Below, piece after piece: positions 28,079 through 42,738 of a stretch of 64,000 nucleotides of DNA. The stretch lies in the NCBI RefSeq assembly GCF_964204645.1, contig NC_134029.1:2418001-2482000 (forward strand), given 5' to 3'. Made by a program: the position numbers and the translations under genes. The first letter of the stretch is position 1. Each line of letters begins with the position of its first letter. The DNA comes from Tubulanus polymorphus (lineage: Eukaryota > Animalia > Nemertea). The notes beneath the pieces were generated by a model, which ran no database searches, had not been told where the DNA came from, and saw nothing but the letters and a program-made list of their open reading frames with translations.

Positions 28079-30149
28079 CGCGTCTAACACGTCATAAAGT
28101 ACGTGGTGTTCACTTCGTTTTGATGTCGTTTATTTCGGAGGGTTTTATGGTGGCTTCATGTTTTAGATGCTTTCTCGGTTGAAAATTAAAACTGGATAAA
28201 AAAAGATACGTGAAATTAGATGAAATGCGGAATCGATCTCCGCGGAATGCGATTCTATTTTACTTTTACTTCGCACAGAAAATCCTCGGTTCTAATCGAT
28301 TCATTTTATCAACGAAGTCTAACATTTCAGACTCAGACAGAAATTCATTGTTATGTGCTGTTTTAGTCTGGTATAAAGAAAACCGTATTGATTTTCGTAA
28401 TATTGCGATACTCCCAAATTTCCACGATGATGTTTTTATTCAAAGTCTCAATTTTCTGTTTCGATTTCAGTATATAGAAAATATCCGGTGATGTCTGTGA
28501 TAAGAGGGCAAAGAGTGCACCGTGTCTGTCGGTAATGTGTGTTCTCGACTCGATAGAAGATTCTGTGCGGTTCTCTCATATAGGTTACCATTGATTTCTG
28601 TACGACGTGATTTCAATGAACGTTCTTTTAATCGCTACTACTCCAGGTAAGTCTTCTACGTCCCGAGGCTTAAATTTGAGAAATGGGAATGAATTCCTTC
28701 TACGCGTACGTTAAAGCGATCCGTATGCCGATATTCACACGAATAAAAATCGAGCATTTTAACTCTGCCTCAAAATGCGCCGTCGTCTCACAATATCAGC
28801 CGCATCTAGAAATCGATAGTTCAATATGATATGATGCTTTAGATACGCAGATATTAACACGAAAACTAGCACACGTGTGTGCTTCCGTAACCGTCAATAC
28901 CACTCGTGTTGAGCCTTTCAGACGAAGGTGTTTCGTCTTTGGTCTGGCGCTGTGAGTTTTAATGAAACACGGTCGTCCTTTATTCGACGTTTCGTCGGCG
29001 CGAGACAAAATCAAATATTGTCGTCGTGGATTTAAGAACAAGAGAACGAAACGACGGTACTCGTTTTCATTGCCATGGAAACATAGTAGATCGAGGAAAG
29101 TGTAATAAAAATAAGAGAAAGTTTTTGTTTCTTGATGCGCTGTTTGAGATTGAAATTCTAAACCTTAAATCAAGGTGGTGAGTTTCGAATTCAATCCGAT
29201 AATCACTGCCATCGCGGTAATCAGATATATGAAAAATTGAGTTCATTTGGAATTCTATATATTCAATTTCAATTTGCGTTCTTGCGAAGCTCCTCAAAAA
29301 CTTTTCTTAACAACGAATATGAAATCTATTTTCAGTGATGATGATGTCATGGTTGGGTTTGAACTGCATCTCTGCCGCTTTTTTGGAACCGTATACATGG
29401 AATTAGCGAAATACCGTCGGGACTTTAAAGACAGGAACCTTGAAATTTGTGTAAATAAGATTTAAAAGGATGTGTATATATTTTCTTCTTCAAGACCTCG
29501 CGCAGCGGTCTCTAAAATTGTCCTGTACTTTATGAAGAGAAATGAGTGGTTACTGGCGTGCCAGTTGACTCGATTGTGCGGTAAATATTGACGAATTCGC
29601 GTTTAGTGGCTTCAGCAGAATATGAATGAATTGTGTACATTTCTCAACTACGAGATGTCTTAATAAATAGATGATTGAAAATCACATCTATTTGACAGTA
29701 AAACGCGACCAGTGCGAGCGAGAACCGTGACTCCAGCCTGAAGGGTTACTCTAATACTGGCGCGTTAAAACTGTCCATAGTGCCATAAAATGGCTACATA
29801 AAGGCTGAATAGACGGTACTATTACTTCTAGTCAGCCTCGATCTATTTTGTTTAAAAAAAAAACATTAAAAACTGATATTGTAAATAGTAATCGAACTTC
29901 TGAATGGTTGAAATCGTTGATGCGAGTTGTGGGAATTAAGCGTAAAAACCGTCACCGACGTTTCAGCAGGAGGATTCTCTCGTACACGTTATGACGATAG
30001 TTTAATTTTGATGAATTTTCCCCTCCTGTACCATAAATCTTTCCCCGCGCTACAGGAGACGATCGCGAAAATAGGTTTACAAGAAAACGCAGCGATCGTA
30101 AGTCGCGAATGAGAGACTAATTGGCGGGGGATGCTTTCGGAGACAAGAA

Positions 30150-30187
30150 CAGCAGCAGCAGCAGCAACAACAGCAGCAGCCGCAGCA
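30150..30187. repeat. (CAG/CAA)n trinucleotide repeat
   Basis: cagcagcagcagcagcaacaacagcagcagccgcagca. No credible ORF context. Confidence 0.85.
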
Positions 30188-33100
30188 AAAACACAATCTA
30201 TTTCATCTCAGTTTCCCACGCGCCTAAATGACACATTAAATGTTCGTAGATTCAAGTCTCGAAATTTTGAAAATACCGATTCACGGTAATAATAATTATT
30301 ATTGTTTTTATTTCTGCGTGCTGAAACCACGCGTCGTCGTCGTAAGAGTGGATTGTAATGGCATCAGAAACGACGCCGTTAAAAGCCCTCTCAGCAGGTG
30401 CGCTGTAGAAAACACTCCTCGATATGAATTTCGTGCGTCTGAAATTGAATTTACTCCGAGCGCGGTTATATATCGGTGTAATTACGACGTTCGTGCGTCG
30501 CATTCCACTTCGATGATATATCGATTAAATTCTAGCGAAAACGAAGTTAATCGAGTTAATTTTAATTGTTTATTTATCATAGCGTGCCGAATAGTTTCGA
30601 AACAAAGTTTTCCGGAACTTTCATTCGCCGACATTGATTCCGAGCTAGTCGTCCATCGCTCGAGCAACATTGATCAAACTATACATGTAATACAGAGAAT
30701 ACTAATATACACGATAGGAGTTAATCATCGGCGGATGTCGAATTTTATTATAAAGATATATATTATTAAACGGTAAACACGCTATGAACTGTCGCAGCGA
30801 GTTAGACCCTGTAAATATCGCGTGTAAGACAGAGACGACTTTACCCGTCACTTCTAGCAACTTTCATTTAATTACGAAAATGTAATGTTTTGTGTACCTT
30901 GAGCGTTGCACAGGCGGCCTGGGGGAACATTGGAAATTGATTAGACAAACTTAGAATATGCTGATGAACGACGTTAGTGTCGATATAGACCGAATCAGTC
31001 CCTGGCAGGTGACTAAACTGCACTAAATACACACACCGTTCCCCGTTTCTCGTCGCTTTGAGCTATTCCGTAAAATTGCGGTGGTGGCGGATAAGCCGTT
31101 GCGAGCAGGTCCCGCTAAGAACGGAAAATTAAATGAATTTCGCTCGCTGCCCGGGGCTGAATTAATTTTACAAACCGTTTAAATCTTCAATTTCTTGTAA
31201 AAGTGTCGCGTCTCGGTTGTCATATTAGACGACGATCGATTTCTACTTGTTTCTTCTCAAACGCATGATTTTTTTTTCACGCTGAAACAACAAGCATCTT
31301 TTGTTTTCCTCTCGGCGGACGTAGTTCGTCTTATTCACGTGTTAATATTTCGTATCAGCAGCAACAAATAGCTGCCTTATGAAACGAAAAGAATGCGGCT
31401 GTAATGTAGGCAGTAGATTCAAATCGCAAGAGAGAATTTCTACTAATGATCGGCTGCATATATCACCGAGGGTTAAATAACTTCAACTGGCTCCAGTTTT
31501 TTAGTTAAAATTGACCCTAGTTAAAACTAATTCCGATGGGTTAATTCTCTTAATCGGGTCAAATCTAAACACAGAACAGTAGAATCGGGTCCAGATTTTT
31601 AAGACCGCTTCTGAGCATATGCTATTGCTATAATGTACATATCAATGTAAATAAAGATACTGCAAATTATAGCTATTCAACGAATAGATTTCTTGCCAAT
31701 TAGGATTGAATGTAGTGATCTAATCTGTAATTTTCTATATTTTTCGAAGCGAAATAAAAAAGTGAATTGATATTTATCTGTGTATGAATATATTATGTAT
31801 ATATGAAGATGAAGAGCTGTTGGCATAGATGCGTGTGCATGGGCTGGTGCTAGATGATATGCGTGAGCAGTTTGTGACCTTTTCTGACGTAATTGTAGAA
31901 ATAAACTTCGTAACGAAATACTCGTGTGTCTGATATTGTAAAAGCTTATATTTCCAGGGGTTCATATGACGAAAATCTACTTGTGCGCGATGAAAATAAA
32001 AAAGAAACATGGAATATATGAAACCTATCTTTTGCTAAATAAATGAATTGACTTTGTATAACGTGTCAGATTTTTCAAAATGAACATTATTTCAAACTGT
32101 CCATATGTACATGTACGCATTCTGGTGGCTGATTCGAGCCATCCGATCACTCTTACCGCTTTTACAGCAATCGTACAGTCATGCGCTTTCTTTTCGTGAC
32201 AACGCCGTCCTATCGGTGGTCAAACGCATTACAGTCACGACAGACGATTACCGAAACAATGACGTCATGTGCACGATATCTACGTATGATGCCCAAAGTA
32301 CTGTAAAATAGTAACTTCGTAGCATTTGCCGACTTTTTCAGGCCCGAATCAGCTACCAGTAAATTAGCATAATTCTAATGTGCATTTTGCATATATTTTC
32401 GTACATATTATGAATATATAAGTATGTAGATAGTTGATTAAAATGTCCAATAGATGTCAGCACGATGGAAATAGTGAAGATTATGTATATGCTTTCGTAT
32501 TGAAGCTTCTCTCTAGCTGTGTGTATGTTTAATGTGTTTGATTTGACGCTTTATTGTACAAATAATACATAATGTAACCAAACATTATTTAGTCGCTGTA
32601 TTTTTTAATGTTAAGAACGGTATTTTACGGCAATACAGACATTTTAAAAAACGAGAAGCCTTCGTGTCACTATATGATAATAATACAATTCAAAAAGTCA
32701 CTATTTTCCGCTAGTTCTAATTATATCTATGCCATTAATCTATCTGAATATTCCAAATGAAAAATTGAAAGAAGAGAAATTCGACCACAGCCTCATCAGT
32801 TTTTGCCCCCGACGAAACATTAGCTATAGTCGCAGCGATGATGACATCATCCAGCAGCTTCGTGACCAACTGGATTCATTTCTATCTTGAGGTTCGGGTT
32901 AAAGCGGGTAATTATTCTGGAATGTTGTATAGGAATCATTCTGTCTACACCTTAGAGCTCTTTTTAATACGAACCTCTTTTAGCGAGAACATGTAGTTTA
33001 CTGTTCCGTCTATAGAGGGCAGTTCTACAGCTGCTTATAGCTTCGGAGGTTAATGATGATGAAATAAAGACGTGTGCGATGTCTGTGATATATTAATTTG

Positions 33101-36100
33101 CTAGTCAATATCGATTAATATAAATATAGAGAAAACTTATTTCCTTGATATAATATCGTTTTCGTCTTGTTTTATTTCTCTTCATATTTTCGGTTGACTG
33201 TGTTCTGTAGCCCGGAGTGGGTCTGGGCATCGGCCAAAAGTTGATATCCTCGGGCGTGTAAGCGTATACGTAAAAAGCATTTTATTTCTAATATATGCGC
33301 AGACTACGTGTGTATAGTGCGTCCCCTGGCAGTCGAGGGTGATTATGGCGGTAAATAGCTCTGTATCTGTGCCTAGCTGCAATTGATCAACTTTCTAAAT
33401 GATCACCGCTGGTTTTAGTTGACGTTGAAAGGTACATAGTTTTTTTTCCGGCCAAGACTGAAATTGCTCGTATGGCGTCTTCATTAGTAGTGAATAGGCG
33501 ACAGTGTCTTATTACAACGCACAGATGTTTGATGAAGCGGTTGCGTGCAAACTGTGCGATGGACCTGAGCAAAATGTCCTCCTTAAATCGACTCCGAGTA
33601 AAACCGTCCAGAATTTACAACGCTTACGCCGTAAACGACGAATACATTTTCGTGCAATGTCGAATGAATAGCGGTTCAAATTGTCGAGAGGTTTTCATCG
33701 TCTTTTGCTCGCCTGAAAATGAGCGCAGGTGGCTTTATAAACCAGTGAGGATTACTGTCAGAAAACGTTCGCTAAGACTCGCTAGTTTCGTGGAATGGAA
33801 ATATTCTAAATTTACCCTGACAACGGAGAAAGAGAACTTAGCGATTAAATTCATTTGGAAAATTGTTCTGCTTTTCAAAGAGATCGTTTTTTTTTCAGAA
33901 ATTCAATATTCCGACGAAACACAGATCATAAACCATTCACAGAACTGGAAATGTTGAGGGAGCGTTCCATTGGACGTGGTTTGGATTTATGGCATCTATG
34001 AACCGGCCCCTGTAGTGCAGTATAAGCCGATTAGTAGTACACGTTATAAGCCTTACAGCCCGAGGGCGGATATGATTTTTAAAGGTCTAGTTGCGAGTAC
34101 AAGCTGCAGGTATATTGCGCTGACAAGGTCTACGAGTGAAATAGAATGCGTAAATTTGCAGCCTTTTATCAACTGTAAAATAATGTAGGCTGTGAAGTGA
34201 GTGTGCCTCCCTGGATCATCTACTCCCTGATATTGACTCTCTTATAGTCAAATGACAGCTCAAAACATTTCTGTTCAAGTTATCACCTGTTTCTAGAGAT
34301 TTCTTTTGATAATAGTTCTACCAATTCATAATAACATCTCATCCCATCCTTTGCCTGGACTATAGTTAATTTTGTTCATAGTTTTCAAACTGAACTCTAT
34401 TCGTGCTCGACGTTTAAACAACATAACTCATGGAGCCAATTTCATCGCTTGAAAATTTCCTCTCCATTCCTCTTATGTTGATTTTGCACTTCACATGAGC
34501 ACTGTCTGGATTTTAATGGAATAAGTCTGTTGACACGATTCAATATCTGCGCAATATTCGAAAATGAAATCGAAACCTAGATTGAAGATAGCAGAATTTG
34601 TCGTTTACAAACGTGTATATATCAGCCAGTACATAGTTCGATTTCCAAGCGGTTACAATTCTCGAAATGGCGGAGAACAGAACCGCAGCTCATTCTCATT
34701 ACGATTGAACCCTACTGCGCCAATCTCTCCACACTGCGATAAGATAAAGAGATAGATCTTCATCATGACTAGAAATTATATGAGGATGTCTTCACAATAA
34801 TATGATATCGGTTTTGTGAAGCTGAGAGCTCTACCTGCCAGTGTGTTAAAAGAAATAGTCCTTAGTCCCGTATATTGTTTACAAACAGTGTGACTGATAT
34901 AAAAAAAATGTCTCGATAGTGGTTGTAAAGGCAGCAATGCGCGTTCGGATCCTTTTAACTAAAGTTCAGGAAAACGAAATCCCGACGGTTTTCGATTTCA
35001 CAACGAACTTCCGTTTAGGACAATGTTTACCGAACGACAGCAGATCGCGCGTCGTGCCAGTTCCTTCCCGATCGAAACCCAATCCGGACAAAGAATTAGA
35101 TACCCTACACCGACTAAAAAAGAGATAATGGAAAGAAAGTGTCGTTGACGATTCGTTCGTTCGGAATCATTTTTTTTTCGGGTATTGAATATTGAATTAC
35201 CTGTAATTCCAGAGCCGCCTCATTCAATACGTAACAAACGAAAAAATAATGATAGAAACAACTTCTAAAAAAGAACACTGATCAGAGTTTTTTTCTGCGC
35301 AGAACTTTCTAACTTCCAATTCTCTTTCTCTCGCCGCAGATGTTTTAAGTAACTAACTCATAACACTTTTAACTTCAGTTAGCCGCCTGTTTTTGACGGT
35401 CATTATGACGCGCACAGCCACTCTAAAACATTTAGATTTGAGCCTGGAACTTTTCAGTAATTTGCAAAGTTGTTTGAGATGTGAAAAATGCATATTTATT
35501 GTTTAGAATAATTCTAGTGGCTTAAACAGTTATCAATGCTAACAAAAATACATATAGAAGTGTCTTTATGTATTTTTGATGCTTATCATAATATTTCATT
35601 TTCCATTTGAAATGAAACATAATTATTCTTATAGCCGCGAGAAAAAAGTGTGCGCATTGTGGCGCGCGGTGTCGGGGTTTGACAGGTTGATTCTCTAACT
35701 GTATGCAGCAGGATTCGATGGCAATTAAAAACGACAGTTTCTCGATATAAAACAGCTTCAATTGAACGCGCTTTGAAGTCTTTAATTTGAATGAATAGTC
35801 ACTCGTCGTATAGAATAAACCGTTCAATATCTAATTTGGATTGGAATTGCAATTTCACTGATCGGTGTTAGTCGTGGGTGTTATTGAATCGTGGCGTCTA
35901 GTAGTGATCAGTCACTTCACAGGTAAATAACCCCCACCCCCTTATGTATCAGCGAGAAATCACTGATATCTAATCATCTTCGATGTGGGTCTGAGCAGGG
36001 GTGTCTCTCTTGATTAGACGTATCATATATGAATTGAAGCTATAGATGTCCGATCGTGCACGTACGATAGTATCAAATCTCTTAAAAAGAAAGACTCCAT

Positions 36101-38532
36101 CCACCCGCCGTTTCGTGCTAGAATTCTCGTTTACACAGCTGCCCACAGAGCCGTCATCTCGTTACAAATAACGTGATCTTTTTCCTAAGTTTTCTCCAGA
36201 AAAAAACTGGCCTATTTGGCCATTCTATAGATCGTGCATGTGGTCTATGGAAGGTTTGATACATCGTCATTGAACCGGTAAAAGTCAACGGAAATTCTAC
36301 TAGATGAACGTAAAGCTTATTGCGTTCTGCTTTATACCACGACCGGTATTGCGTTCACTTCAGATGCTTCCGAAATTGATAGGGCCCGGATCAAATATAG
36401 AATAAACACCAGAACACAGTTCTGAATGTTTGCTTTGCAATCGTCAGCGCATGTCAATATCACCCACGGACATCTCACTTTCGGCTTCAAAACACACACA
36501 GCTTATAAGTCACTTAATTTTGTGTCGGTTTCTGGTGAGTTATTTCTCTTTCAGTTATCAGTCGTGGCGCGATGGCGTTGGGTCAACAAACTTAAAGCGT
36601 GTGGCAGCATTCCGTTAGCGTTACACTGATCCGCGTCGCTACCACGCATACATACACACACACTGAGATCCAACAACGCAATCTTTGCGTATCATCTGAT
36701 CTCTTCCATTCGTCATCGAAAATATACAACAATTCTTTCTCTCTGTCATTGTTTAGATAAATTATTATTTCCAAGACAGTTGACAGCGACGGTGATTTTC
36801 GCTCTAGCTATCCGGATATTACAACCCACCAGTGCGGACAGTCATTCCTGTTATGTCGGCAGCGGACACGGAATCTACGATGAGTGGAGACCAATCGGCG
36901 ATATTGAAAAAATACTGATTGCCATCTGTAGGTTAACAGTCGAACTAATATCGGCGCTAGTTGCGCATTATTTTATGTCTTTAGATTCAAGGCCAGACTA
37001 AAATCATCTCAGAGTGATATAAAGTTAATCTAAAAACTTAACATCTAGGACGGACGTGGGTCTAGGGCCATCAATCATAATGAGATTCTATCAGTGTCTC
37101 ATCAACTTCATTCCTAAAACAATGTTATTGTTAACAGTTTCTCCAAAGAACGTTGGTGAACAACCTTTTAGAGCAACTTTTCTATGCAATAGTTTGCCAA
37201 GAAATGTCAGGGGTAGTCCTACAGTGTTTTTGTTTATAAAAATAGGTAAAAAACTATTATCTTTCAGCTAATGCCTTTTAATTCTTAAAATGTCATTATC
37301 TGTTTAGTTGACAGAGTTAATCTTTGGGTTTTATAATTGTTTTATGTCAAGCACAGTGAGTATTTTTAGAAAATAGCGCGAAAGCATATTCTATTATCAT
37401 TTATCATTATCATTATCAAGATCAGTTGAGACCATCATTGGACGTCAGGGAACTGGGCCCAGGATTAGGGATACTGAAATACTACATCAGGTACAATTAG
37501 AACTTTGACTTAATCGGGTGATTTCATAAATGAATTTTCACGTGTACTGGTTGTATTGTTATGAGGCTAATTTGCTACGTTTTATGCATGAACTGCGGGG
37601 AGGCTACGTCGAGGCTGCGTCGTCACTGGCGAATGATTTGTCAGTAAATTACTTCAGCTCGTGGCCATAAATAGCCGCACTAACATCCGACAGGTTGTAG
37701 TAATCATTCCGGATGTCATTCCGCGTTTTCAAGTAGCCCGTGACCACAAACGAGGAGTCACCGAATTTGTCATCGTGACGCAGTCAGTAGGCTACATGCA
37801 GAGAAAATTACTAAGACTGAAAAAACCTCGTACCGATAAGCCGCCTCTGGCAGGCGCGGTGGTACTTTACTAGAATAACATCATTCTGAGATAGAAAACA
37901 CATCAGAGTTCTTTCACTTCTCAATTTCATCCCCAGAGGAGGCTGTCTCTTGTTCATTTTCAGGCCTTTACGAAAAAGGAAGCTTCCTGTGGCAATCGTG
38001 TATCCACCAGGCGCGCTGCAGTGGTCCTAAATTAATCTTCAATAGTATATGGATGAAAAATAATTTGTTACCAAATATATATACGAACATTTGAAAATAT
38101 TTCTAAAAAATTGACACTACGATAAACTAGAGGAGGAAGTTATATATGTCTAAACCTTTCGATAAATTTAGCCGATGGTAAAATTTGGATTTTGATAAAT
38201 CAAAGTTTATAAAAGTATCTAAAGCCTGAAATGAAGTACGTAACATGATTAAATAGAATGAAGTTAAACAGTTTACCTCAGTGTTGAACACGAAAATATC
38301 AAAATCGCTGGTCTAATTTCCAAGGCACAACAAATTCTGTCGGCGACATTGATTAAATTGTTACACAGTTAAACACAATCAATAATTTAGTTCAATCGTC
38401 GCCTATTGTACGAAGAAAAGAAATTAATCAACTGCCACAGGTTTCTGTGACACGCAACGGATATAGGGGTGAAAACTAGAAAGAAACGACTGTTGCACTG
38501 TTGCACAATTCATTAAATCCATGATGTCTTCA

Positions 38533-38651
38533 GATCCAAATTCCACAGTTGACTAACGTTAGACAAAACACTGGAAATAGAAAACGTTGCAGCTAATTTG
38601 ACTCTGGAGTCAAGTTCAACCAAGTTCAACTGATAACTGTTAAACTGGGCC
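38533..38651. mobile_element. Degenerate palindromic MITE
   Basis: gatccaaattccacagtt ... aactgttaaactgggccc imperfect TIRs with CAG/CTG at the ends. Similar ends at ~2155-2270, ~31490-31593, ~41220-41310 and ~61755-61834. Confidence 0.45.
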
Positions 38652-41600
38652 CTGCAAGTAGCATAAAAATCCTGTATGAAAAATCTAAGAATCTTGATAA
38701 AAACAATTTTTCATCAAATCTTAATCCCTTTGAAAACATGGATCAAACGTTATTTTCTGAAATGAGTTTCATAATTATAAACGGAAATTAAAAGTTTTAG
38801 AATTGAATTTTTTCATGAAAAAAGAGAAAAACGTCAGAATTGAAAGAACACTTCGTTTACAATTGCTTTGAAGGATTACGCGAACGATTACGCTGTGGTC
38901 CTAGATCGGAGGACTTTCTAATTATACAATCTTTGAGAAGCTGCTGTACATGCGGCTTATCTGAAACTGAACATGCTCACATTGTTCAGTAATATCGTAT
39001 GATTAATGAAAGGGCGTAGTCTTCGCGTCGATCTGTTGTTACAGGTCTAGTTTTCATCACCGACGTCCGGAAATTGAAATAAACATGATGCAATATTTTT
39101 AACACAACGCAAAAAGTCACTTAAACAGTTATCAGTAACAGTAGGCGCATTCTGTCTGATTCTAGGTATCGACACTGTACAACTTCACATTGAAAATTTA
39201 TTATCTCGTTGTATCTCAACGGGATTTTTTTGTGACTTGTAGACACCATGTATACGTGTTTTACGTATGATTTCATCTTACTCCCAAATTCAATCTACAT
39301 TTCAATCGCATACACCGTCAAACTTAGAGCGGGTGACGTTATACCTTCGATTTCGGAGTTACGCATTTTTAGAACGATGTGACATCTAGTTTACCGCATC
39401 GATCCACGTCGTGTATATAGCGTGCTAATTGAAATCAGAAGTCGATTGTAAATGGTTTCTTACTAATAATCGTATGGCGCCCGCGAAACCTTGCATAATA
39501 TACATTGCTTTGTTGATTAGATGCTTTGATGTATATATATATCATAAGTTATAACAATAAATTTACTGTTTTCAAAGCTACAGATCGGAAATTGCTACGA
39601 AAATTTGCTATAACAAGTTCCGCCGTGAGGTCGTTATAACAATATCTGTGGCGCTTCTGAAAAGTTTTTGATTTAGAGCAACAGAAAATATGGCTTCGTT
39701 CGGTTATTGGGGAGATTGAAGCCTGCAGATTCGACATCACTTTACATTAGATAGTTATGAACGTCCAAAATTGGCTGATATCGAGGATGACACATTTTTA
39801 CGGTTGGCGCCAGGGAAATTCATCTCGACATTTGGTGTGAGCACGGCGCTGTTGTGACGTATGTTCGTTACGTGGTTACTAGGGGACTGCGTCGTTTGCG
39901 CAGTATTGTTACGCTGCTCTTTAACTTGACGACCTGCATGAAGAGTCAACTAGATGGTGAGGTGACACTATACAGCTAAAAAGGTAATGGAATAATTATC
40001 AATATGTTTGATAAGTGTTTGCTTGCAGTCTAATCGGTTGTTTCTATTTGTGAATATATTATACCTCACATTAGGTAGTTAATTCTAGACCCGATTCCGC
40101 TCGTCATACTCGGTTGAAGATAAACTTAAATGTTGAAAAAATGAAATGAACTCATTTAACCCATGCAGTCAAACTGTCCTGGTGATTGGACGACGAGTGT
40201 TGTTGGTTTACACAATGTTTAGTTAGTTTGTTTATGAATGTACCCGTCCGTGTGTTTGGTAAAACACTACGCTCTGGTAAGTCTCCTAAAACTCTCCATA
40301 AAATCAGATCCCTTGTGAGATACAATAAATCTAGCGATTTATCGATCGAAAAGTTCGTATCAAACCGAACTCGTCAATTTTTTTTACATTTGGTTTGATA
40401 AGTAAATCTATAAGTCTATGGTTGGTTGAATGCGTGAAGAAGTGGATTTGGGATGTTTTGAAGCGTATCCGAAAAATGGTGGTTTTACGCTACGGTTTGA
40501 TTATAGCTACTTTCATTCAGATCCAGATCTGATGACTTCGTTCGTCGCTGAGTTAATAGGGGCTGATTAGCTTTCAAAGAGTCGTTATTATGAAAGAAAA
40601 CAGAGCTTTTAGTTCGGTAAATATTTCTATAAGGAAGTTCATCATTATAAATCCATCTGGTTGCGGCGTGGATCAGACCGGCATTATCCGCATTATCTCC
40701 CGTTTATTTTGGGTTTTAATTTTTCTATCGATTTTCAGAGAATCAATTTTTAAAGGATGACGCTGATTTTAGTCGAAGCGACTCAGCGCATCTTAAAAGC
40801 TGATTTGAGTTTGAGTTCGTTATATGATATTCTAGTGAAGCGAGTTCCTCGGCCTACATTGATTTATATTTCTTTCGTAGCGGACGAAATAAAAATGTTT
40901 ATTTATCAAAAGAAGTTTGAAATTTGATTAGTCTTTTAGTGGATAAAGAACGCTCCTTGAAATTCGGTACCGTTTTCTATGTTTTGGGCTCGATTTTTTT
41001 TAGGATGTTGTTATCGTGAATATATTTACATCATTTTACAGTTTGTTGGTCTAATCATAAGTAGCTCGGTGAAACGAGCTGCCTGCTGATGGGTGCGGTC
41101 AGAACTTCCAACCTCTCGTCAGAGATCGTGTTAATTAAACAGATATTATTCGTCTTGACACGTTTGAACAATCAGTTAGTCGCTGAAAAGAGATGTCAAT
41201 GTAGGGTTGGTACAAACCAGGGTCCAGTTCCGCAAAGCTAAGTACACTTAGAACTGTTGATTTCATTGAAAGTGAGAAGATTGTCTTGAGTAACCTTCAT
41301 GAAACCGCGGTAATACATCGTAGCGAAAATTCGTACATTTTCTATGAAATTGGAACTGTACTAATTATAGTAAAGGTAATTATGGTAAAGATTTCACTGA
41401 AAATTGTTTACTGGCGAGAGGAATTGATTCTGTAGATGAATTTGAGGCGCGATAGTTCTTTATTACTCGACTCTTATAAGACTCGTCGAATGTTCTTCTC
41501 CATGGAGATTTTTAGCATTGTTGCCAATTATTAACAAAAATGCCGTAATATTGTTTTCTATACGTCCTTTACCCCATTGGCAGGCCGACTATAGTACAAG

Positions 41601-42655
41601 GCGAAAGATTCAAACGCGGTTGAAGGGAAACCAGTCAAGCATTTCAACCCAGTATGTGTACCTATTTGCAAAACCTGGCGGAATCCTCGCTTGCCACTGT
41701 AGCGGTGCCGGCATCCCAACGATTCTATCAAACTTTATCAAATATTCAATGTACATTCGGTCTATTTGAAACATTTAAGAACAAGAGAACAGGATGAATT
41801 GCACTCTCACTTCATCTCACAAGTTTCATTGATCGATTTGAATATTTCATCGGAATAATCAGTTCCTGAAGTCGATTCTTGGCACCGGTCATTGTCGTTC
41901 CGATATCAAAGATTAAAGATCAGTTATTGTTTTATCTTTATCAAATGCGGATATTAACGATGAGTTTCACAATGAGCGGCACTCCATTATTCACAATCAA
42001 AGCTTCAGTTTCCGTCGGTCTGTTCGGAACAAACATCTAAAAGCTGTAGGGCTGCATAATTAATTCAAAGAAGCTAATTACTAATTACAAAGAGCGGAGT
42101 TTGGTTTGAATTTACCATCACGAATATCAAGACCTGAACAATAAGAAGTCACGCGCGGATGACCGGCGCAGACTTTACTGTAGCTGATATTACATGCAGT
42201 GGACGTCATTATATATAGGTTTACAGTTTGCTGTATGTAATATTCTCAAAGGGAGAATTTAGATACAATCATTGCAGTGTTTTCGTATTAACATTTTGCC
42301 CTCGGTGATCATTTTTGTGGTGATTGAATAGATATATATAGTCGATATAACGGCATTATTAGTAGCATTATCCTATATCACGGTTCGTGTGGTTGTCCAT
42401 TAGATTCCCCTTGATTACCAGTTTCAGAAATTACTTTTAGTTTTAATATCTGCTCACGTCAATGGCTGTACAAACATCAAAAAGCCATTTTACCCGCTGG
42501 GTTTCTTTAAAATCTATTCTATCGAACAGAAAATCGACATTTTTCGTGGTCGATGGTTTTCGGTACAGATCACGAATAGTTGAAATTCAATCTCACCGAA
42601 CGACGACTTCTAGCCTTACTTTTTATACATTTCCAGATTCATACCAGGCGAGTAG

Positions 42656-42691
42656 CACGAGAGGAACACGAGAGGAACACGAGAGGAACAC
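42656..42691. repeat. 11-bp minisatellite (CACGAGAGGAA)x3.3 in the presumed 5' UTR of GPCR-1
   Basis: Direct reading. Confidence 0.9.
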
Positions 42692-42738
42692 CAAAGTGCA
42701 ACATCACAATAAAAAGAAATTTACAAATAGGAATCATC

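Noticed and set aside
28644-28652. Strong donor CAG|GTAAGT downstream of the protocadherin stop
   Set aside because: No coding exon with a matching acceptor was found. It lies inside a probable dispersed repeat in the presumed 3' UTR.
30240-30776. 178-aa ORF
   Set aside because: No recognisable motif or splice structure; composition resembles translated non-coding DNA.
33472-33957. 161-aa ORF between repeat fragments (possible transposase)
   Set aside because: No DDE, HTH or zinc-finger motif discernible.
42580-42738. N-terminal extension of GPCR-1 in the ORF track
   Set aside because: Starts at TTG, crosses a splice acceptor and a minisatellite. The paralog aligns from ATG 42739.
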